64,000 nucleotides of DNA from Spirochaetia bacterium (GCA_963662265.2 CAXXHA010000008.1:1-64000), one strand, 5' to 3'; shown: positions 51,865-63,232, counted from the first letter of the stretch. Numbers and translations: made by a program. Notes: generated from the sequence alone by a model not told the origin.

Positions 51865-53423
51865 AAAGCACCTCCTAAAAGACTTACAAGTGAGGTGTAG
51901 TAACTTAAATCCCTTTTCTTTACTTCTATGTTTTTATTCTCATGTTTTACAGCTTTTATTCCTGTAAGAAGCTGTGGCAGAATATCCGGATAATTTTCAG
52001 TTTCACAGCTTCTTACATAAAGATAAGACTCTTCAAAATTCCTTGCAGATAGTGTTCCGTTTTCAATGCATAAATCTGCAGTTTTTGCTATTAACTTATC
52101 ATCAGGATTTGAGTTTATGAAAGCATAAAGCTCGCGCTGCTGATCTCTGTAATACCTGCTGTATTTTTTGTAATTCTGATCAACATATTGTTTCCATGAG
52201 TTACTGCTAAATCTGTTCTTTAATTTTTTGATAACTTCATCGGGCTTGGAATCATAATTCCTGAAATGATTATGTTTGGTTATTTTTTTCCCCTTTATCG
52301 GTGAGATTTTGTGCCTGGCAATCTCTTCTCCATCTATTTTGTCATAGATAAAAAGGTCTGTATCTGTTTGGTAAATCCAGACAGTTTTTTTTCTGAACCT
52401 GTTAGGGACAGAGTAAAATGAAGATGAAACACTTATCAATGATTTACTATTTACTTCCCTTGATTCTTTATTTATGATGCTTTCCCTTCTGAAAATAGAC
52501 GGCTTTAATTTTTTAAAATGTGGAATCTCTTTAAGCAAAGCTTCTTGAGGAATTATTCCAGTTGCCTGGCATATTTTACCGTTAGCTCTTCTTGAAAGCC
52601 AATTATTTAATGCCTCCTGTATTTGATCAAAGGATGTGAAATGTCTTGCTGAAAAGAAACTGCTTTTGATGAATTTCACAAAGTTTTCGACTTTACCTTT
52701 GCTCTCAGGGTCTGCTTTTCTGCAGACATACATCTTAAACCCCTGCTCATCCTTGAAGGCTTTAAATTCTTTTGTATACTTAATATCTCCGCTGTTTTCT
52801 TTAACAACCATGACTTTGTCCTGATCAATCACGATTTCTTCAGGTACCCCTCCTATTATTTCAAAGGTATCAAGTAAATGATTTATCACATCTATGGATT
52901 TAAACGGCCTCTTCTGTACTGCTGCATACTTGAATCTGCTTACAGATAGAATGACTCCAAAGATATATACTTTCTCACCGGTTTCTATTTCAGTTTCTCC
53001 GAAATCAAGCTGTAGTTGTTTTCCATGTGGAAGTTCTTCAACCGGTGTATAGATTCTCTTGTATTCGTAATTATCTACTTCTCCTGTTTTCTTTAAGAAA
53101 ATGAGATAATTTCTCAAAGTCCTTTCAGTGCCGGGAAGTTCTCCATATTTTTCTTCAAGAACATCATAGATTGATGAAGTGTATATTTTATTGTTATTTA
53201 AATTAAAAATATTCAGTATTTCATCTTTGAAAGGAGCAAAAATCTTTTCCTTTTCTACACTGTTTATCTGGTATTCAAGATACTCTGCTTCCGACATTTC
53301 AAAGTATTTTCTAACTGTTTTTCTGTCGATTTTTAATTCTCTGGATATTTTCCTTTTTGAATATCCTCTATTCTTGAAAACTCTTATTTTTTGGTACATA
53401 TTCATAGTAATCATTTGAGTCAT
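51861..53423 (-). CDS. istA: IS21 transposase
   Basis: Identical to 21277-22839. Confidence 0.95.
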   Translation of the reverse strand: MTQMITMNMYQKIRVFKNRGYSKRKISRELKIDRKTVRKYFEMSEAEYLEYQINSVEKEKIFAPFKDEILNIFNLNNNKIYTSSIYDVLEEKYGELPGTERTLRNYLIFLKKTGEVDNYEYKRIYTPVEELPHGKQLQLDFGETEIETGEKVYIFGVILSVSRFKYAAVQKRPFKSIDVINHLLDTFEIIGGVPEEIVIDQDKVMVVKENSGDIKYTKEFKAFKDEQGFKMYVCRKADPESKGKVENFVKFIKSSFFSARHFTSFDQIQEALNNWLSRRANGKICQATGIIPQEALLKEIPHFKKLKPSIFRRESIINKESREVNSKSLISVSSSFYSVPNRFRKKTVWIYQTDTDLFIYDKIDGEEIARHKISPIKGKKITKHNHFRNYDSKPDEVIKKLKNRFSSNSWKQYVDQNYKKYSRYYRDQQRELYAFINSNPDDKLIAKTADLCIENGTLSARNFEESYLYVRSCETENYPDILPQLLTGIKAVKHENKNIEVKKRDLSYYTSLVSLLGGAL

Positions 53424-53626
53424 TCCTGGTAGTTTTTGTCGTGATTACATACTAAGGTTTGACTCTTTTTTTTTCCTATAGGGTGGGGAATTTTATTTTC
53501 CATCCTATGGGGATTTCATGTTACCATTTCCACCCCGCTAGGGTTGGCGTGTAAATTGCGTATGCAATTTGCATGACAAAAGGCAAAATCTGCTCCAACT
53601 GTTTGTTAAACGCTAAATTGCTGTTC

Positions 53627-54452
53627 TTAATTCATATTATATCCAAATTCTCGCGTTTTCATAATATTTTTCCAATGTGCTTCTCTTCGAATTATAATTT
53701 CATCATCAGTAATTGATGATCTTACTTCAAGAATTGAAAATTGATAATTATTTGCATATTCAATTCCTTTTTTTTCAATTACTTTTTTTAGATCAATATT
53801 ATTTCCATGTCCATTTTTTTGAGTAATTTTTCCATCTATCCCAAAAAGCATTTTCCCCATATGCTGAACCAACATATAATTTACCGTTTGTTTTATCAGT
53901 AATTAAATATACACCTTTTGTACTTGATAATGCACTTTTCCAAGATGCTTCTTCTTCATTAATTACTTCTTGTAATTCTTCATAGTTCAATAATAAATTT
54001 TCATATCCGGGAAAGGGTTCAATTTTATACGGTTTTTCAAGTAATTCGCTAATTTCAAAATTATTGATGTGTTTTTCTAACAATAGATATGAAGCACGAA
54101 AATCTTTATTAAATTTAATTATTAGTCGACCAATTAAATCTTTTTGTAATTCTGTTAAAATAGTCTTATATGAAAAATATTCTTTTTCTTTCGATTTATC
54201 ATATTTTTTAGTTACATCCAATTTTTCATAAATACCACCGTAGATCCAATAATTCGGTTTATAATAAATAAGCGATATAATATATTTTCTTTCAAAATTT
54301 TTATTATTCTGATATTCTTGCCATTCTTTAAATTCATTTCTAATTAATTTATATAATGGTTCTTTTTTATTAAATCGACCTATAGCCATATGGAGTTTGC
54401 ATTCATCGGCTTTATTAATTATTTCTGGGAAAATATTTTCGAATTTAATCAT
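53627..54452 (-). pseudogene. GIY-YIG nuclease, diverged allele with frameshift
   Basis: T7 at 53814-53820 versus T6 in the intact copies. Confidence 0.85.
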
Positions 54453-54589
54453 TATTTTTCCTTATTTAAATATTTTTTCTATCATATTTAATTACTGCTA
54501 TTCTATATTTATTAATTTTTCATCAAAATTTAAGTAATTTTTTATGCAAAAATACTCCTTTGAGGTTAAAAAATATCTATAATGCCGTT

Positions 54590-54690
54590 TAACGCCGATT
54601 TGAGCTGCAAAACTGTGCCGAAGGCTTGGCATGTATTCTTGCATCAGCAAGAATCATGACAAAAGATTTGTCTGCTCCAAATCATTGTTA
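54590..54690 (-). repeat. attC (variant with covariant L stem)
   Basis: GATTTGAGC pairs with GCTCCAAATC. Confidence 0.88.
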
Positions 54691-55881
54691 TATCTTAATT
54701 TGTTATTTGCAAATTTAATAATTTTTTTTCGATACAAATATTCATTTTTATTTAAATTTAAATCTTCTTCGATTTCACTTATTATCTTCTTTCTAATATC
54801 TGTAAAGATAGAAAAACTCACATCATCTTGTGGTGTTTTATTTAAATTTATAAATTCTTCTTTCATTTTTTTTAACAATTTCATCACTTAAACTATTATA
54901 AAATGTAGGATTCATGTACCAATTATCTGTTCCATATATCATCCATGATTCTATTGCAGAAATGATATTCAAATGACAATTCATATTTTTTTCAATATAG
55001 TATTTTGCTAATTTTTCATAAGTTGTAAGAGTCGTTAATGTTATTACAGTACCTTTCTTATGTGGTAAAATTGAACAGAGTAAAAAAAATCTATAGACCT
55101 TATCAAGTTCTTCAATATATAGCGGTATCAAAGAAAATCCCGATAAAGTGATTGGAAGAAAAAGATCTGTGTCTATATTAATATGAAATAATTCGCTATC
55201 CTCTTCTTTTAATATTTTTTCAGAATTCCTTATTAATATTTATCAATAAGGACAGTACTTCATTGTTATCATTTATTAATTTCTCAAAGTTCCTAGTAAT
55301 ATAGTCTTCGTAACCAGTAAGTTTTATAGGACTAATATCATAATATTTATTAGCAGTTTTACTATATTCATCTAATTGGTCATTAAAATATTCAGATAGT
55401 TTTTCTTGCCAGATATCTCCAGTTATAGTCCTATTAACAATTTCTCTACTTAATGTTCTAAAATTTTGTAATATAATCATATTATTTAAATAATCATTAT
55501 TTTTTTCAAAAACTAGAAATATTTTTCATGTTTTTCACAAAATCCTGGAAATGTTGATGCATTTTCAATACCTATTTCAACAAAATCAATATTTGTTATA
55601 GAATTTTGTGGTTGAGGATATATTAATTTCCCTTTCTCAGCTATTTCCCGTAGAGGCCCTTGTTTTTGGATTGAATGACTTTTTTTTATTGTTTTATTCT
55701 CGCACGCAGGAAATACACATATTTTTCTCTTTCTTTTTTCTTTATGAATTTTATTTATTTGTTCAAAATACTTGTTTCTAAAATATTCTTGATCATATTT
55801 ATTAAGCAGATGATAATCATTGAATTCATTATTTTTTTCCATTTCTTTTTGTATTTTTATTATTTTCTCAACATTTTCCAT
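54691..55881 (-). pseudogene. Fragmented cassette gene (Cys/His-motif hypothetical)
   Basis: C....C...SHSIQK...ASTFPGFCEKH N-terminus followed by several short co-oriented ORFs. Confidence 0.6.
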
Positions 55882-55937
55882 AATATACTCAATATTTAAA
55901 ATATTATTAGCGTTTAACGCTATTTACAATGTAGATA

Positions 55938-56037
55938 TAACACCCAGTTGAGCTGTTTGTCTGTCCCGAAGGGTTGGCGCGTGTTCTTGCTCTGCAAGAA
56001 CCGTGACAAAAGACAAATCTGCTCCAACTTTTTGTTA
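55938..56037 (-). repeat. attC (standard)
   Basis: TAAC...GTTA palindrome. Confidence 0.92.
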
Positions 56038-56244
56038 CACGATTTATTCTTCAATATTTGAATATATAGTATAAATAATCATTCTTAAGTAATCCCTGAT
56101 ATATTATGTAAATAATTTTAAGCCTGGATAACACATCCCCAACCATTATATTCTACATCAAATAATTTACTAATACATACAAATAAAGCTGAAATTGAAC
56201 ATAATATATTTTGTTGAATAGGCATATCAATAAAAACATTTAAT

Positions 56245-57473
56245 TGGCATTCCCCCAAAACTGTAGACACTTGATATACTTAGAAACTAAGGAGTATTAA
56301 AGTGCCAAAGAGTCCCTACACAGAAGAATTTAAAGACGAAATATTAAAGCAAATAATGGAAGAAGAACACAGTGTTCTTGAAGTATCAAAAGCAACAGGA
56401 ATAAGTGACGTTACTCTTTATAACTGGCTTAGAAAGGCCGGGTGGAAATCCGGGGAGTCTCGAGAAAAGAAAAAATTAACAGAAGCAGAAAAGGAAAACA
56501 GAGAATTAAAAGCAGAGATCAGAAAGCTTAAGATGGAGCGTGATATCTTAAAAAAGGCCGCAGCGTACTTTGCGAAGGAGTCCCAGTAAAGTACGCTTTT
56601 ATTCGGGACAACAGAAAAGCGTTTCCAATTCGCCCTATGTGCAGGATATTAAAAGTTAATCCATCAGGATTTTATCGGTGGTTAAAAACACCAGAATCTC
56701 CTAGAACAATAGAAAATAAAAAAGTGACAGAACTAATCCGTTTTTACTGGGAAGAAAGCGGTCAAGTATATGGAAGTCCAAATATACATGAGGATCTAAA
56801 AGAAGCAGGTTATAGCTACGGTGTTAATCGGGTTGCTCGTTTGATGAGAGTAGCTGGAATAAAAGGTGCTTACAGACGGAAACGGCATCATGTACCTTGG
56901 GTTCCTGGAGAAATTTACCAGAAGAATACTTTGAATAGAGAATTTTCTGTTGCTGAGCCAAATCAAGCTTGGTGTACTGATATAACATATATCCGAACTT
57001 ATGAAGGCTGGTTATATCTGGCAGTAGTAATTGATCTATTTAACAGAGGAGTTGTTGGCTGGTCGATGAAGAATCATCAGAAAGCAATTATTGTTATGGA
57101 TGCTTTGTTTATGGCAGTAAAAAGAAGAAGACCTACAAAGTCTGTTCTTATCCATTCTGATCAAGGGTGTCAGTTTACAAGTAAGGATTGGGAGGATTTT
57201 TGTGAGGCCCACTCTTTGGAAATTAGCATGAGTAGAAGAGGTAATTGTTGGGATAATTCTGTAGTTGAATCATTCTTTTCAAATCTTAAAAGAGAAAGAA
57301 TCAGGAATAAAATTTATAAAACCAGAGAGGAGGCAAGAAAAGATATTTTTAATTATATTGAAATGTTTTACAATACAAAAAGACGGCATGGTCATTTAGG
57401 AAAGCGAAGCCCTGCTGATTTTGAAGATAAGTTTTCATCAGATTAAAGTGTCTACAGAATCAGGGGAATGCCA
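56245..57473 (+). mobile_element. IS3 family element A, copy 2
   Basis: Same as 25078-26306; 3-bp TSD AAT. Confidence 0.93.
56302..57446 (+). CDS. IS3 transposase OrfAB
   Basis: Identical to copy 1. Confidence 0.92.
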
Positions 57474-57677
57474 AATCTATAATCATTTTCATCAATATAC
57501 TGTATTTCCGTTTTCCCATAATTATTATCTGTAATAAAATCTGCTACAATATTTAGTTTATCATTATCCTCAGAAGAAAATGTAAAATCTACAGTTCTTG
57601 ATTTATTAAAATCATCTCCTTTTTTATCCAAGCTAAATAGAGTTTTTGTATCTTCCTCTGATATTTCTAATAATTCT

Positions 57678-57959
57678 TCAACTAATTTCATTTTTAGTCC
57701 TATATTTATTTTTTATTAATATTTTTAATCTTAAAATTAATAAGCATGATAATAAAATAAATAATAATGCAAGATAAAGTATTAAAATTAATCCTGACAT
57801 TATTATTAACATTATTGAATATTTCACTGCAAGTTTGTTAGTAATTGTATATACTTTATAAAAAGCATAAATTGAAATAGATTTATTTTTTATACCATTT
57901 AAACCTTTAATCAAATTATAAAGTATTAAAGTAATAAAAATTAGGCCTAATAAAAACAT
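57678..57959 (-). CDS. Small hydrophobic protein
   Basis: Two TM-like segments. Confidence 0.45.
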   Translation of the reverse strand: MFLLGLIFITLILYNLIKGLNGIKNKSISIYAFYKVYTITNKLAVKYSIMLIIMSGLILILYLALLFILLSCLLILRLKILIKNKYRTKNEIS

Positions 57960-58096
57960 ATTTATAGTATTCCTATTAAAAAATACTTTTTACAATTGAT
58001 ACTATTATATAGTATTTTTTAGATATTTATATCTTTATTTTGACAATCATATAAATAATATTCTTTGTTTTATCTAAAAAGCCCTGTAAGGGCGTG

Positions 58097-58198
58097 TAAC
58101 GCCGTTTTGAGCTGCAAAAGCTGTGCCGTAGGCTTGGCATGTATTCTTGCATAAGCAAGAATCATGTCAAAAGATTTGTCTGCTCCAAAACTTTGTTA
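58097..58198 (-). repeat. attC (variant like 54590)
   Basis: GTTTTGAGC pairs with GCTCCAAAAC. Confidence 0.88.
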
Positions 58199-58249
58199 TA
58201 TTTTAATTCATTAACTTGAACAATCTTTTCAATTAATTCTAAATAGTAT

Positions 58250-59293
58250 TCATAAAAATTCAACCAATTTATTGTCTTGTTTATTCTTAGATTCTCTAAT
58301 TTCGATGTATGATTCATCAAAAGATATATAAAGATTTAAAAGAATATCAAATATTTCATTATTACTTTGATGCTTCAAATTATCAATAAAATCATTAAAT
58401 GTTGTATAACTATAACTATTAACAATATTATATTTTACTGATAATATTGTTATTATTTCATCGATTTGTTCTATGAATAATTTTATATAAATAGTTTGAT
58501 CTATTTTTGATATTTCTGATAAAACACCATTTTTCCATTTTGCTTTAAAAATAGGGATATTATATTTTTTTGCTATTATACTTATTGGAATAGTACTTTC
58601 ATTAGATACTTTATAACCAACAATAATTCCAAACAAACAATCACTTATATCAATATAGGTTTCTTCACATTTATTATCTTCAACAAGTATTCTGAATTCT
58701 GATTCACTTTGCCAATCTTTATTTTTTAAATAAAATATTTCATACTTGTTTAATCTAATATATTTCTTATACTCATTACTAATAATTTTATTATCTTTTA
58801 TATGATTTTTTTGTATTGTAAGATATTGTTCAATTGTATTTAAAGAATATTTAATTTTATCACAACGGCAAAAATCTCTATATTTATTTTTCATTTTTTG
58901 AATTATTTTATCTTTTTTAAATAATAAACAAGCTCCAGAATGGCTATCACCATATTGTTCCCACATCCTGGGTAAATTATACGGTTCATTATTTTCGGTA
59001 TTACAAAAGCAACTTATTTTAATATTTTCTTTTAAAATATCACTAATCTCACTATTTAGTGATTTCTTAAAATTATCATATATTATCTGCGGCCATTCAA
59101 TTTCTGTATTATTATTATTTTCAGTTAAATATTTATGTGGTAGTTTAAAATGATATTTATGATTTTCAAATGGATCATTACTTTTATATATATTATTCAA
59201 TAATATCTGTTTTTGTTTCAATATTAAATTAAAGCATTTATCCAAACTTGTATAATGTGCAATTATTTCAATATCATCTTCATTTCCTATCAT
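58250..59293 (-). CDS. DUF2971 family protein
   Basis: HYTS, NDPFE, CF, MWEQYG..HSGACL, K..DW..ESEFR. Confidence 0.85.
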   Translation of the reverse strand: MIGNEDDIEIIAHYTSLDKCFNLILKQKQILLNNIYKSNDPFENHKYHFKLPHKYLTENNNNTEIEWPQIIYDNFKKSLNSEISDILKENIKISCFCNTENNEPYNLPRMWEQYGDSHSGACLLFKKDKIIQKMKNKYRDFCRCDKIKYSLNTIEQYLTIQKNHIKDNKIISNEYKKYIRLNKYEIFYLKNKDWQSESEFRILVEDNKCEETYIDISDCLFGIIVGYKVSNESTIPISIIAKKYNIPIFKAKWKNGVLSEISKIDQTIYIKLFIEQIDEIITILSVKYNIVNSYSYTTFNDFIDNLKHQSNNEIFDILLNLYISFDESYIEIRESKNKQDNKLVEFL

Positions 59294-59384
59294 AATACTA
59301 CCTTTTTAATTATCAATATTATAACTTTTAAAATCTACATGTAAATATCTTTTACATCGTTATCCGCTATTTTTATTATAAATA

Positions 59385-59575
59385 TAACGCCCAGTTGAGC
59401 TGCTCCGGTGTGCCTGAAGCGAAGCTGAAGGATTGGCATGTCTTTTTGCATTTATATGTTTGCTTTTAAAACATCAACTTAAGGATTCAAATAACTGCTA
59501 CAATTTTTTTTATAACTCTTACTTTTTCTATGCAAAAAGCATGACTAAACCGGGGTCTGCTCCAACTGATTGTTA
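59385..59575 (-). repeat. Long attC (191 bp)
   Basis: Long class. Confidence 0.88.
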
Positions 59576-59948
59576 TATTCTAAACCCTCGCAAGGTCAAT
59601 TAGCAAGGCAAGATTTATCTCTTAACGACCCGCCTATACGCAGTTGCTCTTTCAATAATTCGAAACAAAACAGCCAGGAGATCATTTCCTGACAGGCCAT
59701 ACCTCCCCAATTTTTTTGACCCTAACTCGAGGGGCATATCTTGGAAATGATCAAGCCCAAGATTTTACTATTCATGAGTGGGCAGGCATTGTCAGGCCCA
59801 TTTCACACCCCAGATTTTCTTTCCCTAATGGTCGGCTGCGCAGGATGAAGGGGCTTAAGACGCTGCAAACAATCCCCAAAAAAATCTTTTTCAAACTGTT
59901 TACCCGTTTATTGAGTGTTTTAATGGTTTCCACTAACTTTTGTGAATA
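59576..59948 (-). other. Gene-less cassette, family C
   Basis: Shares AATGATCAAGCCC and both ends with 47867. Confidence 0.82.
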
Positions 59949-60018
59949 TAACGCCCATTTGAGTTGCGCCATCGCAGAAGCGAAGCGCCGAGAAGGCGTC
60001 AACTCCAAATGATTGTTA
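59949..60018 (-). repeat. Short attC (70 bp)
   Basis: Short class. Confidence 0.88.
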
Positions 60019-60591
60019 TGAAGTCTCTTTTAATTTTTCTTCCAAGGATTCATAGAATGCTTTTTTATACCATTCTGTTAATGATCCTTCTAACTCTTCA
60101 TGTTCTTCAATTATTTTATCAAATTGATTATCTAATATTTTTCCAGTATAAACTAAATGTCCTAGTAAAATTGGACTAGTATTAATATCTACCAAATCTA
60201 ATAATTTGGCGGCTAATTTTCTTGCACCTTGATCGTCTGTAATAAATGATTGCCGTGTTTTTTTTGCAAAAATTATGGATGTAAGTTCTCCTTTCGATTG
60301 TCTTTTACTGTTTTTAAGAACATCAGCACTTTGTAAATCCTCTATCGAAATTGTATAATCTCTAAACTGAGCTCCGGTTCTTTCCTTCTCAAATCTTTTA
60401 ATTAATTCAATTTGTTTATTATCAATTTTTTTTCTCTCTTTATGTAAACATTCATAGAGTACAAAACTTGTAATACTAAAAGTAAAACCTTCATTAATTA
60501 CGGTTTTATAAAACAACTTTGAAGAAATAAGATTCCAAATTGAGCATGTATCAATAACTGAATATTTTTTTATTTCTTTATATTTACTCAT
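60016..60591 (-). CDS. PIN-like domain protein
   Basis: VIDTCS, VLYE, GELTSI, FITDD..ARK. Confidence 0.75.
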   Translation of the reverse strand: MSKYKEIKKYSVIDTCSIWNLISSKLFYKTVINEGFTFSITSFVLYECLHKERKKIDNKQIELIKRFEKERTGAQFRDYTISIEDLQSADVLKNSKRQSKGELTSIIFAKKTRQSFITDDQGARKLAAKLLDLVDINTSPILLGHLVYTGKILDNQFDKIIEEHEELEGSLTEWYKKAFYESLEEKLKETS

Positions 60592-61730
60592 TTCGATATA
60601 ATCTCTTGTTGAATATCTTAAATATTTCTAATAATTCATTATGTTGAAGAAATAATATCTCCATCATTCTATTAAAAGTTATCAAATCATTTTCATAGGC
60701 CATGAAGCATTTATTCAAATAAATCATTGACAATCCATTTTCAAGTATATGAGAGATTCTTTCATAACTTTTTGTATTGATATATGAAGTTAATTCTGGA
60801 TCAACTTTTTCACTTTTATTGATCCAAGTTTTTTCTAATTCTTTATATTTTGAAGAATCAATTTTGTTGTTATTATTTAGGGCAATTAATAATGTTTTTG
60901 GATTTGCAAGTATTTTTTTTGACCAAAATATTAATTTTTCCCTTGTCCAGACTTTATTTTCGGGGATGCTTTCAATTATATCAGTTGGACACAAATAATA
61001 AGATGAAAAAGTATTTGCTCTTATCTCTTTTAAATCACTCTTATCCCATTTTAGAAAAACTAATATTAATATCATCTTTCTTATCAAATATTGCATGACC
61101 AGCTTCATGTGCAGCTGTAAATCTTTGTCGATAAACATCTTCTGTATAATTTACAATTATACAATCACCAGCAATAGGATGATTAATGTAAATTCCAGAT
61201 ATTTTACTGTTTTCTAACTTTTTTCGATAAATCTTTATACCAATTTTTCTAAAATCTTGATAAACATTTAAACTCAATTCATTTCTTTTATAATTGAAAT
61301 GTTTTCTTAGTGACTCTGCGGCTTTTATCCCATGTTCTTTAAAATAAGTACCTTGAGGAAGAAATTCATATTTAGATTGTTTAATACCTAGTCTTTCATC
61401 TAAATAGTGTTCACATTCAGCTGTATATAAAACTTCTTGTATTGTCCATTTATCAATTTTGCTTAATTCACCTTCAAATTTTCTAAATAATTTATCAGTT
61501 TGCTCAAAAACTGATTTTTTTTGATTAGATATAAAATAATTATAGTCACATTTAAAAAAGTCAGCAATTATTAATATTTCATCTCCTGAAGGCTCTAATT
61601 TGCCATTTTCTATTTGTTTTAGTCTTTCTATTTCAATTCCAGTATTTTGTGATAAATCTTGTTCCGATACGGAAAATAAATTACGGTATTGAGTTATTTT
61701 ATTCCCTAAGGTTTTTAATTCAATTGCCAC
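60584..61730 (-). pseudogene. XRE HTH + ImmA/IrrE metallopeptidase, frameshifted near 61048
   Basis: N-terminal HTH, RQRFTAAHEAGH, then EIRANTFS in another frame. Confidence 0.85.
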
Positions 61731-61748
61731 AAAATCTCCTTATCTTCA

Positions 61749-61933
61749 TAACGCCAAGTTGAGCTGCACCGGTATGCCTGAGCGAAGCGAAGGATTGGCA
61801 TGTGTTTTTGCTTAATTTCTCTGCTTTAAAAACAGATCTGGAAGTAGTAAATAATTGCTGCAATTTTCGATAATTCTACTTTTTTTCCTGCAAAAAACAT
61901 GACAAAACCGGGGTCTGCTCCAACTTTTTGTTA
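61749..61933 (-). repeat. Long attC (185 bp)
   Basis: Matches 44738-44922. Confidence 0.88.
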
Positions 61934-62287
61934 TATTCTAAATTCTCTTTTGTTTTTTTAACAACGCCAAAATAGTTCAAGTATCCAGACTTTCACAATT
62001 ATATCATAAACCTTTACGTGTTTCACTTTCAGAAACAAAAGGCCATTATTTTCTTCCTGCGCGGGCTCAGCGTGGGGAGTTGGCCCCATTTCCACGAATC
62101 GCGTGGGCAATTATCGCCAAACTTCACCACCCTCTATCCCTGCCAGGGTCGTGGAAATGTCTACCCTAGATTGGACTGTCAGGGATCGCCAGGTAGCCAG
62201 GACACCAATAATCCGGTCTGAACCAATTCCATCCAACTTTTCCCAAATTCAGCTACGTTTTACAGCTCCTCAAATTTTGGTGGAATA
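61934..62287 (-). other. Gene-less cassette, family B
   Basis: Duplicate of 44923-45276. Confidence 0.85.
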
Positions 62288-62389
62288 TAACGCCAAGTTG
62301 AGCTGTTTGACTGCCCCGCCAGGGTTGGCGCGTGTTCTTGCAACAGCAAGAACCGTGACAAAAGTCAAATCTGCTCCAACTTATTGTTA
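62288..62389 (-). repeat. attC (standard; identical to 23152)
   Basis: TAAC...GTTA palindrome. Confidence 0.92.
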
Positions 62390-62407
62390 AACGCTAAATT
62401 TCAATAC

Positions 62408-63232
62408 TTAATTCAGATTATATCCGAATTCTCTGGTTTTCATAATATTTTTCCAATGTGCTTCTCTTCTAATTATTATTTCATCATCAGTAATTGACGA
62501 TCTTACTTCAAGTATTGAAAATTGATAATTATTTGCATATTCAATTCCATTTTTTTCAATTACTTTTTTTAGATCAATATTATTTCCATGTCCATTTTTT
62601 GAATAATTTTTCCATCTATCCCAAAAAGCATTTTCCCCATATGCTGAACCAACATATAATTTTCCGTTTGTTTTATCAGTAATTAAATATACACCTTTTG
62701 TACTTGATAATGCACTTTTCCAAGATGCTTCTTCTTCATTAATTACTTCTTGTAATTCTTCATAGTTCAATAATAAATTTTCATATCCGGGAAAGGGTTC
62801 AATTTTATACGGTTTTTCAAGTAATTCGCTAATTTCAAAATTATTGATGTGTTTTTCTAGTAATAGATATGAAGCTCGAAAATCTTTATTAAATTTAATT
62901 ATTAGTCGACCAATTAAATCTTTTTGTAACTCTGTTAAATTTGTCTTATATGAAAAATATTCTTTTTCTTTTGATTTATCATATTTTTTAGTTACATCCA
63001 ATTTTTCATAAATACCGCCGTAGATCCAATAATTTGGTTTATAATAAATAAGTGATATAATATATTTTCTTTCAAAATTTTTATTATTCTGATATTCTTG
63101 CCATTCTTTGAATTCATTTCTTATTAATTTATATAATGGTTCTTTTTTATTTAATCGACCTATAGCCATGTGGAGTTTGTATTCATCGGTTTTTTCTATT
63201 ATTTCTGGGAAAATATGTTCGAATTTAACCAT
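62408..63232 (-). CDS. GIY-YIG nuclease cassette, copy 3
   Basis: Protein identical to 23272-24096. Confidence 0.9.
   Translation of the reverse strand: MVKFEHIFPEIIEKTDEYKLHMAIGRLNKKEPLYKLIRNEFKEWQEYQNNKNFERKYIISLIYYKPNYWIYGGIYEKLDVTKKYDKSKEKEYFSYKTNLTELQKDLIGRLIIKFNKDFRASYLLLEKHINNFEISELLEKPYKIEPFPGYENLLLNYEELQEVINEEEASWKSALSSTKGVYLITDKTNGKLYVGSAYGENAFWDRWKNYSKNGHGNNIDLKKVIEKNGIEYANNYQFSILEVRSSITDDEIIIRREAHWKNIMKTREFGYNLN

Larger units (their letters stand above)
51061..53532 (-). mobile_element. IS21 family element, copy 2
   Basis: Near-identical to 20477-22947; 5-bp TSD CCCCG. Confidence 0.93.
51030..53608 (-). repeat. attC split by IS21 (halves 51030-51060 and 53533-53608)
   Basis: Halves rejoin to a standard attC. 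Confidence 0.9.
56118..57691 (-). pseudogene. RraB-like (RNase E inhibitor domain) gene interrupted by IS3
   Basis: Rejoined frame: ...GDDFNKSRTVDFTF...NDYR-LNVFIDMP...VEYNGWGCVIQA*. Confidence 0.75.
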
